DNA from: an uncultured Bacteroidales bacterium | GTDB lineage: Bacteria > Bacteroidota > Bacteroidia > Bacteroidales > Paludibacteraceae | NCBI GenBank assembly: GCA_937892015.1 | Contig: CALAUY010000049.1 | Location: forward strand, 1-44,754 | Direction: 5' to 3' | DNA length: 44,754 bases | In this document: positions 18,401-26,617 of the stretch, in pieces | Layout of the letters: the number at the start of each line of letters is the position of its first letter | How positions within the stretch are numbered: the first letter of the stretch is position 1 | Made by a program: the position numbers and the translations under genes | The notes under the pieces: model-generated | What the model was told of the DNA's origin: nothing | The model's input: the letters and a program-made list of their open reading frames with translations, nothing else | Databases searched by the model: none

Positions 18401-19975
18401 CTCTCCAGCGAAGAAGGTCATGCTCTGCCCGCCGAGCTCACCACTACGCTCTCTGCACTCACTGCTGAACCGCTCAAGTACTTCGCGCAGCGCGTTTACG
18501 TTGAGGGACTTGTCCTGGCTTCTTACGATAACAATGGCAATGCCTTTGTTACCGATGGCGTGGACACTGTTCAGTGCTACTATGTAACGCCTGACCAGAC
18601 TGCTATCCCCGTTGGCTCGAAAGTGAATATCCACCTGATTGCCGCTTACTACAACAAGTTCCAATTCGTTGGTCCAAGCGATGGCATCGAACTGGCTCCT
18701 ACTGCCGGTGGCGACCCGTATCAGTATCCTGCTCTTGGCGAAAACGGCGTTTACACGCTCACCAACAAGTGGCTCTACAGCAATGTGATGGACAACTTCT
18801 CTGCTAATAAACCGGCAGCCGACGACTACGCTCGTGGCATGGTGGCCAAGGACGGTAAGATGTACTTCATCAACCGCACTATCGGTGGCTTCACGGTTGT
18901 TGACGGCGCTACGGGCGAGATGCTTGACCCGATTACTATCACCGGTGACCACCTCTTCCAGCAACAAGATACCGCCGGCGAATGGTCAGCTTGCGCTACG
19001 CTCGCATACAACGACGTGAAACTTGACAACGCCGGCCACTTCCTCATCGCAGGTTGTGTCACCGGTGGCAACCGCTTCCAAGTTTATACGGTTGACATCG
19101 CTACAGGTGTTGCTACCGAACTCATCAATGAGCGTCTCTACGACAACGAGGAATGGGGTGCTGAACTTGCTGAGGCTGCTACCAAGTGGCGTTTCGACGC
19201 ATTCAACGTTTACGGCGACGTAACAAGCAATGCTATCGTCATGGCTGCCGATGCCAACTCCTTCTACGCTTACAAGTGGACCATCGAGAACGGCGTTGCC
19301 GGTGCTGCCGAGCGTATCAACTGTACGCCGGAAACAACCGACGAATCGCTCCTCGTAAAGGACGGTGCACTCTCTGTTACCGCTTTCGGTACGGCTCCGC
19401 AGATCTTCCCCGTTGACTTCAACTACTTCTACGTTGACGGATTCAACCATCTGCCAATGCTGTTCGACATGGACGGTACGCTCATGGAAGACTTCGCTAC
19501 ATGCCCCACCGGCGTGGCTGTTCCGATGGCCGGCGACACCTGCACGATGAACTTCGGTCACAACGGACTCTGCGAGTTCCAGATTGGTGACGAGTACTTC
19601 CTCGTAATGGCCGCCACCAACACCGTTGGCTCACCGACATCTGCATTCGCTATCTATAAGTTCGCTGACGAGGCGAAATCGTTCGCCGATATGGAACCGC
19701 TCTACTTCTTCCCGAAAGCCGGTATGGGTTCTGCTACCAATGGTTGCCGTACCGCCGTTCCGTCTGTCGAAGTTAGTGGTACCAAGGCCACCATCTACAT
19801 CTACACCAACAACAATGGTTATGGTGTTTATGAGATGACCGGCAAAGAAGGCACCGGCATCAAGAACATCGATGGCGACAATGTAGAGGTAATGAAAGTG
19901 ATTGAGAACGGTCATGTTTACATCATCAAGAATGGTGTACGCTACACGGTTCTCGGCGCTCAAGTTAGCAAGTAA
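15482..19975 (+). CDS. 1497-aa secreted mosaic surface protein (CBM-like module, Listeria-Bacteroides repeat, OB-like module, propeller-like C-terminal region, shared C-terminal tag)
   Basis: Signal peptide MKRLSLFAAVLFAAVMSFA-QA. CBM20/48-like block YIAGNFNDWTFTRMTQL...YKYTCGTDWAYVE (~nt 17205-17480). Flg_new-type repeat YSGYTFDGWYAES (~18040-18170). OB-like block VKLGAVVTFIRGAKNVYVQDATGGVLLY...GDFVVVRGKNTTYGGAPEI (~18180-18400). Tail KVIENGHVYIIKNGVRYTVLGAQVSK. Confidence 0.6.
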   Translation: MKRLSLFAAVLFAAVMSFAQAPAIMFSEAASTGALTDSTFTATNLTLRTVDTGNKMSIDANNASFGESADARVPFSYRLKAGAKTTMSDSEPTTNYLKLNAAVAGQLVIAVRPSSSGAEDRNLIVAQNGVELYNQVILESALKHTEDGVTYFNFVKVNVEAGEIILTYPVGALNFYYFGLMTNSAAFVEKLWSGEPLGWTAADSRQWTGFGEYVYWESKAEHTIYGTHDGVTVDTLFTNDAIDGTAFCVDGAGNFVVEGVFPSVASHVFLVKHDLSASVDIPVTGLARTDIVTATGDVFSAEGGYVFLYGNSANLLILAIKNAGAADQEVVTKTVAVAGSNVQNFVVAGDTLVQYVQRRSQGQTGFDKLENGVNTGSIAGMRGYKHTTLGGAMLTLAGNEFAIYPAGANNYSSEFSVANLTEGSLAASKADALQTLFCANTTTRANSTNVGVFLNASKIDDNTAYIQVGNGSDGTALFKLSVEPAVLSACYLKQGNEGATWEATGTAQGTHYVREGIFMADSLFINTTASDEGAVMFTRDNIAFTGNVAVNDTVRFVYNAASGVMGVELLGKFIPKLTFNVKVPEGTPNCYIAGNFNDWTFTRMTQLTDSTYTITITGDGVAIVDSVQYKYTCGTDWAYVEKDANNEEIGNRHWAENDVVARWFDVPSVNAVTYELNGGVFNDYGWTGKGAVLLDLQNDFNAAYNTSMNWVKVEDGVYYYHIGNTTDETPQPIWKTEAEAVGEACTVTGFVQNTTYNTENRLKNLISVTNVDKYGWLKDVIVKTRTAAGLAATDDDLSENIYRKEISAIFLQSPAETSWPAAPSYAIAGTIEAMMPVWKHGFCNPDHVNAEFTLNAPYYSGYTFDGWYAESDFSGSKVTSINDSTPACTLYAKWVEYIPTVAEAIAEAQNDTVKLGAVVTFIRGAKNVYVQDATGGVLLYTAANATCKVGDFVVVRGKNTTYGGAPEIGGATFLSSEEGHALPAELTTTLSALTAEPLKYFAQRVYVEGLVLASYDNNGNAFVTDGVDTVQCYYVTPDQTAIPVGSKVNIHLIAAYYNKFQFVGPSDGIELAPTAGGDPYQYPALGENGVYTLTNKWLYSNVMDNFSANKPAADDYARGMVAKDGKMYFINRTIGGFTVVDGATGEMLDPITITGDHLFQQQDTAGEWSACATLAYNDVKLDNAGHFLIAGCVTGGNRFQVYTVDIATGVATELINERLYDNEEWGAELAEAATKWRFDAFNVYGDVTSNAIVMAADANSFYAYKWTIENGVAGAAERINCTPETTDESLLVKDGALSVTAFGTAPQIFPVDFNYFYVDGFNHLPMLFDMDGTLMEDFATCPTGVAVPMAGDTCTMNFGHNGLCEFQIGDEYFLVMAATNTVGSPTSAFAIYKFADEAKSFADMEPLYFFPKAGMGSATNGCRTAVPSVEVSGTKATIYIYTNNNGYGVYEMTGKEGTGIKNIDGDNVEVMKVIENGHVYIIKNGVRYTVLGAQVSK

Positions 19976-20011
19976 ATACTGCCCATGCTGTTTAAACAGT
20001 AACCTGATAAT

Positions 20012-20039
20012 GAGGGCGGCGCAATACCGCGCCGCCCTC
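20012..20039 (+). terminator. GC-rich hairpin terminator after the 1497-aa gene
   Basis: GAGGGCGGCGC-aatacc-GCGCCGCCCTC, an 11-bp perfect stem, followed by a weak T-rich tract (TGTCTTAATCTTTT). Confidence 0.65.
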
Positions 20040-20058
20040 TGTCTTAATCTTTTCTCCG

Positions 20059-22359
20059 ATGAAAAAACGCATACTCCTACTCTCGATTCTTATCTGTACA
20101 ACGGCGTTGAGCCAAGCTATCACACTCAACAACGTTGAGTACACCATCGACACGCTTGCCCGTTTCTCGCCGGGCCCGGGTGCCATGTACTACCAACTAC
20201 AGATGCTGCGAGCAACTGACCGCGGTGGACGACTCAATTGTTGGCTCATGACTGTCGATACCAAGAACCCGTACGTCTCTATCGAAGCTGTAATGGGGCG
20301 CGATGCCGTCATCGGAACAGAACGACCGTCGGCCATGGCGGTCAGAAAAAGCACCTCCACGAAAATATTCTATGGAGGCACCAACGGCGATTTCTTCGCC
20401 ACCACCGGTGATGTGGGACGCCCGACCGGCCTCAGCATCGTCAACAACGAATTTGTCTATACACCCACCTCTTCCGCCCGTCGGTTTGGCGGCGTAGATG
20501 AAGCGATGCGTGCTGTGGTGGGCACAACAATGAAATATACCGGCAAACTGCTGTTGCCGGATACAACCCTTACCATCAAACATGTCAACTATACGCGAGC
20601 CGCTGACGAGCTCGTACTCTATAACCAACACAACGGCACTACTACGCAAACCAATGCGTACGGCACCGAACTACTCATCGAACTGCTGCCGGGATATGCT
20701 TGGCATACCACCGCAACCCTCAAAGCGCGCGTCGTCACTAAGCAAGTCGGTGTAGGCTCAATGGCCATCCCTGCCGGCAAGGCCGTCCTCTCCGGACACG
20801 GCACCATGCAGACGATGCTCAACACCCTCAACGAGGGCGATACTGTTACCGTCAAGTTCACGCTCAAGATTGACGGCACGAACACCAACGTGTCGCAGTG
20901 TATAGGCGGCGACAACTATGCACTGATTGTGGATAGTGGCAGGGTAGAACAGTCTAATTTCTGGAACGAACTGCATCCCCGCACCGCTTTCGGCAGCAAC
21001 GAAACGGGTGACACCCTACTCTTCCTCGTTGTGGATGGGCGCGGCGTCAGTACCGGCTGCACAACGAAAGTGCTGGGCGAGATTATGCACTACTACGGCG
21101 CATGGAAAGCCGTCAACTGGGACGGTGGCGGCTCATCGTGCCTCTATATCCGGCCTTTCGGCGAAGTAAACCACGGCTCTGACGGCACCGAGCGTGCGGT
21201 CGGTAATGCGATGTTCGCCGTGGCGAACATACCGGAAGACGACAACGTGATTGCCTCCATCGCACCCTATCAACCCGACTACGCCCTGCCACGTTACGGC
21301 ATGGCAGCACCCGACTTCGTCGGATACAACCGTTTCGGCGTACTCATCGACACGCACGTCGAGGGCGTCACCCTCTCTTGTGACGAGACGCTTGGCCACA
21401 TACTCAACGATGGCCGCTTCTTCGCCGACGGCACACAAAACGGGCTCTTACATGCAGTACTCAACGACTCCGTCGCATGCGACATACCCGTCCGACTCAA
21501 TACCTCCTCGCCCATCACTATCCGTCTCGACTCGCTCCTCATCGACTCCCGACACCCCTATTCCATTGAGGTGAGCGGCATCGTGGGTAACGCCTCCATA
21601 GAGGTGTACCCGGGCGCTCTCACGTGGCACTCGCTCAACGACCAAGTGGCCACCGTAAGCGATGAGGGCATCATCCTCGGTGTGAGCAACGGCAGTACAC
21701 AAGTCATCGGACGGCTCGGAGATTACACCGACACCATCCTCGTCAACGTAGAGATACCTTCCCATGTGCCAATGCAGTGGGAGGACTTCCTCGCATTCGA
21801 CGAATGGAAAATAACGTCCACCACGGGTTTCAACCCCACGTGGGTCGTCAGCAACTGCCTCGGTTGCCCGTCAGGACTTGCGTTCACGTACGTCATTGGC
21901 CGTTCACCGTTCCTGAAAATAGAGAACAAAGAGCGTATGTACTCGCTGCCGGACTCTATTCGTTGGGCGTTTCAAACCGATGCGCAACTGACCAAAGTGA
22001 ATATGGGCATCCGCACCGACAAGGCCGAACAAGCCACTACCATCACGCTCTTCCCGGAAGGCGTACCCTCTAACACGCAGAACCAAGTGTGCATCCCCGT
22101 TCGCGAGACGTTCGGTGACGACCCTGCCATCTTCCCGCTCTGGTTGGAGTACATCAATTTCCTTGTGGACACCAAAACCACCACCGGCACCCACAACATC
22201 ACGCTTTGGCCGATTGAACTCATCTACAACGAATACGTCGAGTCGGCACTTCCCTGCACTTCAGCTGAACCTACTGCCCGCAAAATACTCGATAACGGTC
22301 AACTCCTCATCATCCACAACAACACCCGCTATACCCTCCTCGGCACAGCAATACATTAA
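20059..22359 (+). CDS. secreted phosphodiester glycosidase family protein (NAGPA/DUF2233 domain) with a Big_2 domain and the shared C-terminal tag
   Basis: Signal peptide MKKRILLLSILICTTALS-QA. NAGPA-type blocks GGTNGDFF and RTAFGSNETGDTLLFLVVDGRGVSTG...AVNWDGGGSS. Big_2-like block LTWHSLNDQVATVSDEGIILGVSNGSTQVIG. Tail KILDNGQLLIIHNNTRYTLLGTAIH. Confidence 0.8.
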   Translation: MKKRILLLSILICTTALSQAITLNNVEYTIDTLARFSPGPGAMYYQLQMLRATDRGGRLNCWLMTVDTKNPYVSIEAVMGRDAVIGTERPSAMAVRKSTSTKIFYGGTNGDFFATTGDVGRPTGLSIVNNEFVYTPTSSARRFGGVDEAMRAVVGTTMKYTGKLLLPDTTLTIKHVNYTRAADELVLYNQHNGTTTQTNAYGTELLIELLPGYAWHTTATLKARVVTKQVGVGSMAIPAGKAVLSGHGTMQTMLNTLNEGDTVTVKFTLKIDGTNTNVSQCIGGDNYALIVDSGRVEQSNFWNELHPRTAFGSNETGDTLLFLVVDGRGVSTGCTTKVLGEIMHYYGAWKAVNWDGGGSSCLYIRPFGEVNHGSDGTERAVGNAMFAVANIPEDDNVIASIAPYQPDYALPRYGMAAPDFVGYNRFGVLIDTHVEGVTLSCDETLGHILNDGRFFADGTQNGLLHAVLNDSVACDIPVRLNTSSPITIRLDSLLIDSRHPYSIEVSGIVGNASIEVYPGALTWHSLNDQVATVSDEGIILGVSNGSTQVIGRLGDYTDTILVNVEIPSHVPMQWEDFLAFDEWKITSTTGFNPTWVVSNCLGCPSGLAFTYVIGRSPFLKIENKERMYSLPDSIRWAFQTDAQLTKVNMGIRTDKAEQATTITLFPEGVPSNTQNQVCIPVRETFGDDPAIFPLWLEYINFLVDTKTTTGTHNITLWPIELIYNEYVESALPCTSAEPTARKILDNGQLLIIHNNTRYTLLGTAIH

Positions 22360-22401
22360 CATCGCCATCTCGAAATAACGAAATAACGAACCCTAATAAT
22401 A

Positions 22402-25400
22402 ATGAAAAAATCTCTTTTCCTTACCGCCCTGCTCGCGGTTGCGTTTGCCCTCAACGCTCAGAGCATTCGCGTCCTCAGTACCCAAACGATAGGTTACGGC
22501 AATATGCCGCATATCTCTGCCGATGGTCTCCGCGTGAGTTGTCTGCCTTCCGGTGAAGCTTGGTCGGAGGTTATCGCCGACATCTACGTCACCAACGAGA
22601 ACTGCCAACTGATTCTCCATCAGAACGGTCTCTGCCGGCAACTCACGCCCGACGGTGCCGATGCGCACTACATCTGGTCGTCGGTGTCCCCTGACGGTAC
22701 GAAGATTCTGTACAACACGCAGCACGGCACCTCTGTCTGCAACCTACAAGGGCAGAAAGTGGCGTATCTCGGACATATCAACGCGCCTGTCTGGTACGGC
22801 AACGATTATGTGGTAGGGCACCTCGACCTCGCAGAGGATATCGAGACCATCTCCTCCGTCATCCTCATGGCAAAAGCTGACGGCACCGCAGTGCAACAAC
22901 TCACCACCAACAGCGAGATTGCGATGTACCCGTCTGCTTCTCCGGCCACTGGACGTATCGTCTATAACAACCTCGCCGGCGATGTGCGCATGTTGCAACT
23001 CAACCTCGCAGAGAACGTCATCCCACAACAACTGCCTCAAGTGGTGACGGCCGAACGCAAAGCGCTGAAAGCACCCATTCAGAAAGCACGTAAGAACACG
23101 TTTGCCGACATCAAGATATACATCAACCCGGGGCACGGCGGTCACGGCTCTAACGACCGAGGCCTGACCATCTATCCTTTTGCTTCCGGTGACCCCGAAG
23201 GGTTCTGGGAAAGCAATTCCAACCTCGACAAGGGACTCATGCTCGACTCGATGCTTACGTCACTCGGCGTGCAGACGATGATGTCGCGCCGCACCAACAA
23301 CGATGGTGGCGGCAATGATGTCGATGTGCTCCAAGCTTGGCTCAACGCGGGTAAGATAACGCAAGAGCAGCACGACTACATGCTCGCCAACGGCGATGAT
23401 CGCGCGCTCTCTGCCATCGCTGCCGAGGCCAACGCATACGATGCCGACTTCATGATCTCTATCCACTCCAACGCCGGCACTCCCGCCAACTACATCTTGC
23501 AGCTCTATTCCGGAAAAGAGCTCTCTGATACGCGCTATTACGCCCACACCAACCGCAACGAGGCCGAGTCACGCGCCGTAGTGAACGTTTTCGCGCCATA
23601 CCTCTACGAGAACGCCAACTCTGATTGGACTCGTCAACCCATGATCGAGGGCGACAAGACGTTCGCTTACCGCATCTTCGGGTGGAGCAACGGTTACGGC
23701 GTTCTGCGCAACCTACAGGTGGGCGGCACCATCTCCGAGGGTTCGATGCACGACTATACCCCCGAAACCTACCGACTCATGAATATGGGCTACAAACGTG
23801 CCGAGGCGTTCCATTTCATGCAGTCGTTCCTCGAATACTACCTCGAATACACGTATCCTAAGGGCGCTATCGGCGGGCAAGTGCGCGATGCCTATCAAGG
23901 CATGACCTTCCCCGCCATCTATTTCCACCCGGGCTCAACCGACGGACTCATGCCGCTCAACCGTGCCAAAGTGGAACTGCTGCAGAACGATGTTGTTATT
24001 GCCACCACCTACACCGACACCCTCTACAACGGCTGTTACTATTTCTGGGATGTCGATACCGGCACTTACACCGTTCGCGCCTCAATGGACAATTACTACG
24101 CCAAGGAGAGCCAAGTGCACGTGACAGCCGGACATATCACGTATTGGAAAGCATTGCTCAACCTGCAACGCCAAACGCCTCCCGAAGTGATTGCTTACAC
24201 GCCGCATCCGGCCACTATCACCGACTCGGTAGAGGTCTCCACCGGCATAGAACTGACGTTCAACTGGGATATGAACGTCGATTCCACGATGGCCGCGTTC
24301 TCCATCTCTCCAGCTGTTGACGGCACTATCAGTTTCCACAACGCCAACCGCATCTTACGCTTCACGCCCTCCGGACGACTGACGCCAAACACCGAGTTCA
24401 CCGTCACACTCTCCACCCAAGCTTGTCATCCCGACACCGCTTGGCCAAACCATCTGGTGCAACCGTTCGTGTTCACTTTCCGCACAAAAGGACGCGGCTC
24501 GATCGTCTTCCTTGATTCTTACCCGCAAGATGGCGCCACCGACGTGCCGCTCAACCCGTCATTCATCACCCTCTTCGACCAAAAACTCAACACCTCCACC
24601 GTCCGTAAGGCGTTCTCCGTTGCCGACATGAACGGCACGACCGTGGGCATCAACACCCGTTCCATCAGTTGCAACGCCGCGCCAGAACCCTATGGGTACG
24701 CCGCGTTCGAACTGACCGGTGAACTGCGACCGAACACGCAGTATCAGATGACCATTGCCGGTTCGCTCAAAGATAATATCGGCATCACGCTCGATGTGCC
24801 CGTCACCGTCACCTTCACCACCGGTTCGGATGAGACGCCCGACCTGCCTGTGGTGGATGTGCTCGACACCCTTCAGTTCGTCTATGACCGCGACCTTTCC
24901 TTCGCTGTCATCAGCGGTTCTACACTCCGCAACACCAACAAGAAATACTGGGGCGTTGCATCCAACGAACTCCGCTACAATTTCTTCGATGGCGATGGTT
25001 GCGAGGCAGTCTATACGATGAAAAACAAGACATTGGTAGAGGCATGTAGTGATGACCGAGTCGGACTCTACGTTTTCGGCGATTTCTCGCAGAACGAGCT
25101 GTATGCGAAATTCGAGACCGATGGCGACATTCACTATATCAAAGTGTGCGACCTCGACTACGGTGGCTGGAAATGGCAAGAGTTAGACCTCTCGACACTG
25201 CCCCTCGGAGTCAAACTGCAACTGACGGCTCTGCGTATCAACCGCGGCAGTAGTATTCTCTCCGCCTCAGGAGCCATCTACCTCAACAACCTCTCTTTCC
25301 TCGCCGCACCATCGGCCATCAACCACATCTCCGACGACACCTCTTTCCGCAAGGAAGTGATTGACGGACAAATCTATATCTACAAGAACGGCAAACGTTA

Positions 25401-25428
25401 CTCCGTCCTCGGCCAAATGCTAAAATAA
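22402..25428 (+). CDS. secreted multidomain N-acetylmuramoyl-L-alanine amidase (PD40/TolB-like propeller + Amidase_3 + CarboxypepD_reg-like + 2 SbsA-type Ig domains + shared C-terminal tag)
   Basis: Signal peptide MKKSLFLTALLAVAFALNA-QS. PD40-like block SVSPDGTKILYN. Amidase_3 blocks IYINPGHGGHGSNDRG and ADFMISIHSNAG. Ig-like blocks PPEVIAYTPHPATITDSVEVSTGIELTF and LDSYPQDGATDVPLNPSFITLF. Tail KEVIDGQIYIYKNGKRYSVLGQMLK. Confidence 0.8.
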   Translation: MKKSLFLTALLAVAFALNAQSIRVLSTQTIGYGNMPHISADGLRVSCLPSGEAWSEVIADIYVTNENCQLILHQNGLCRQLTPDGADAHYIWSSVSPDGTKILYNTQHGTSVCNLQGQKVAYLGHINAPVWYGNDYVVGHLDLAEDIETISSVILMAKADGTAVQQLTTNSEIAMYPSASPATGRIVYNNLAGDVRMLQLNLAENVIPQQLPQVVTAERKALKAPIQKARKNTFADIKIYINPGHGGHGSNDRGLTIYPFASGDPEGFWESNSNLDKGLMLDSMLTSLGVQTMMSRRTNNDGGGNDVDVLQAWLNAGKITQEQHDYMLANGDDRALSAIAAEANAYDADFMISIHSNAGTPANYILQLYSGKELSDTRYYAHTNRNEAESRAVVNVFAPYLYENANSDWTRQPMIEGDKTFAYRIFGWSNGYGVLRNLQVGGTISEGSMHDYTPETYRLMNMGYKRAEAFHFMQSFLEYYLEYTYPKGAIGGQVRDAYQGMTFPAIYFHPGSTDGLMPLNRAKVELLQNDVVIATTYTDTLYNGCYYFWDVDTGTYTVRASMDNYYAKESQVHVTAGHITYWKALLNLQRQTPPEVIAYTPHPATITDSVEVSTGIELTFNWDMNVDSTMAAFSISPAVDGTISFHNANRILRFTPSGRLTPNTEFTVTLSTQACHPDTAWPNHLVQPFVFTFRTKGRGSIVFLDSYPQDGATDVPLNPSFITLFDQKLNTSTVRKAFSVADMNGTTVGINTRSISCNAAPEPYGYAAFELTGELRPNTQYQMTIAGSLKDNIGITLDVPVTVTFTTGSDETPDLPVVDVLDTLQFVYDRDLSFAVISGSTLRNTNKKYWGVASNELRYNFFDGDGCEAVYTMKNKTLVEACSDDRVGLYVFGDFSQNELYAKFETDGDIHYIKVCDLDYGGWKWQELDLSTLPLGVKLQLTALRINRGSSILSASGAIYLNNLSFLAAPSAINHISDDTSFRKEVIDGQIYIYKNGKRYSVLGQMLK

Positions 25429-25488
25429 AATCGTCAATAAATCGTAAATAACTTGTTCAATCGTAGATTGTCCAATCGTCAATAAATT
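25429..25488. repeat. AATCGT-word repeat cluster; inverted partner of 33606-33670
   Basis: AATCGTCAATAAAT occurs twice (25429-25442 and 25474-25487), with CAATCGTAGATTGTCC between. The reverse complement aligns by eye at about 75% over ~55 nt with 33606-33670, including an exact 12-mer TGACGATTGGAC. Confidence 0.7.
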
Positions 25489-26024
25489 ATGTGCCCCATT
25501 ACTCCTGCAATACAGATTAGGAGGATGGGGTGCATTTTTAGTACCAGCGTTCCGATAAACACCAGCACGAAGAGCGCAACGCTCCACCGGTCTATGAAGT
25601 TCTCCGGAGTCATCAACAGTAGCGCAGCAGCAGCAATCAAACCGATGACCGTTACACGCAGCGTTTGGAGACTCCCCTCCACCCATTTATTGCCCTTCAG
25701 GCGCAGATAAACCTGACAGATAATCAGCATGATAATAACAGATGGCAGGATGATGGCAGATGTGGCCACTACCGAACCCGCCACGCACATCCATTCGTTC
25801 ATGCCGGCAGTCTGGCAAGCCGTGAAACCCGTGTACGTTGCCGAGTTGATGCCAATCGGACCCGGCGTCATCTGACTCACGGCTACTATATCGGTGAACT
25901 CCTGCGGTGTCATCCAACCGTATCGCAGCACCTCGTGCTCGATAAGCGAAAGAATAGCATATCCGCCACCGAACCCGAACAACCCAATCTTAAAGAACGA
26001 CAAAAACAACCGGAGGTAAATCAT
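25479..26024 (-). CDS. chromate transporter family protein (short-CHR, C-terminal-type half)
   Basis: 181 aa. FFKIGLFGFGGGYAILSLIEHEV...MTPGPIG is a typical CHR domain. The start overlaps the stop of the upstream partner (ATGA). Confidence 0.8.
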   Translation of the reverse strand: MIYLRLFLSFFKIGLFGFGGGYAILSLIEHEVLRYGWMTPQEFTDIVAVSQMTPGPIGINSATYTGFTACQTAGMNEWMCVAGSVVATSAIILPSVIIMLIICQVYLRLKGNKWVEGSLQTLRVTVIGLIAAAALLLMTPENFIDRWSVALFVLVFIGTLVLKMHPILLICIAGVMGHIIY

Positions 26025-26578
26025 TGGTTGCCTCCTTCCTTATTCGTCTTATCAGTCCAATAAGTCCATGCCAACCCGCCTACTATAGCTATCACAATCA
26101 CCACTACCGGCGAAACGCCTGCCAGCCATATCAGCAACGCTGCCGATATGGGTATCCACACGTTCCGCCACGTCACTTTGGCTGATTTGGCCATCTTGTA
26201 CAGGGGAGCTGCTATCAGTGCCACCACAGCGGGACGAATACCCTTAAACACCGCCTCCACGTGCGGGTTCTCGCGAAAACGTGTGAAGAACATCGCTATC
26301 AGTAAGATAATCAAAAAAGAGGGCAGTGTGGCACCCAGCACGCTACTAATCACGCCGCGCCAACCGTTCACCTTATACCCCACAAACACGGCCGTGTTCA
26401 CCGCAATGATGCCCGGTGCCGATTGCGCGAGGGCTATCAGGTCAAGAAACTCCTCCTCGCCTATCCATGCGTGGTTGTCCACCACCTCCCGTTGCACCAA
26501 CGGAATCATCGCATACCCGCCACCAAGCGTGAAGGCACCTATCTTAAAGAATGTCGCAAACAGTCGAAGAGACTTCAT
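26021..26578 (-). CDS. chromate transporter family protein (short-CHR, N-terminal-type half)
   Basis: 185 aa. FFKIGAFTLGGGYAMIPLVQREVV...AQSAPGIIAVN. Pairs with 25479..26024. Confidence 0.8.
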   Translation of the reverse strand: MKSLRLFATFFKIGAFTLGGGYAMIPLVQREVVDNHAWIGEEEFLDLIALAQSAPGIIAVNTAVFVGYKVNGWRGVISSVLGATLPSFLIILLIAMFFTRFRENPHVEAVFKGIRPAVVALIAAPLYKMAKSAKVTWRNVWIPISAALLIWLAGVSPVVVIVIAIVGGLAWTYWTDKTNKEGGNQ

Positions 26579-26617
26579 GATGAAATAATCTTATAGGTCT
26601 AATGAGGTATTTGCTTG

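Noticed and set aside
25479-26578. The two ~180-aa chromate-transporter ORFs as one frameshifted pseudogene.
   Set aside because: The two halves overlap by a clean ATGA, and each begins with its own FFKIG.F..GGGYA CHR motif. Paired short-CHR genes are a known natural arrangement.
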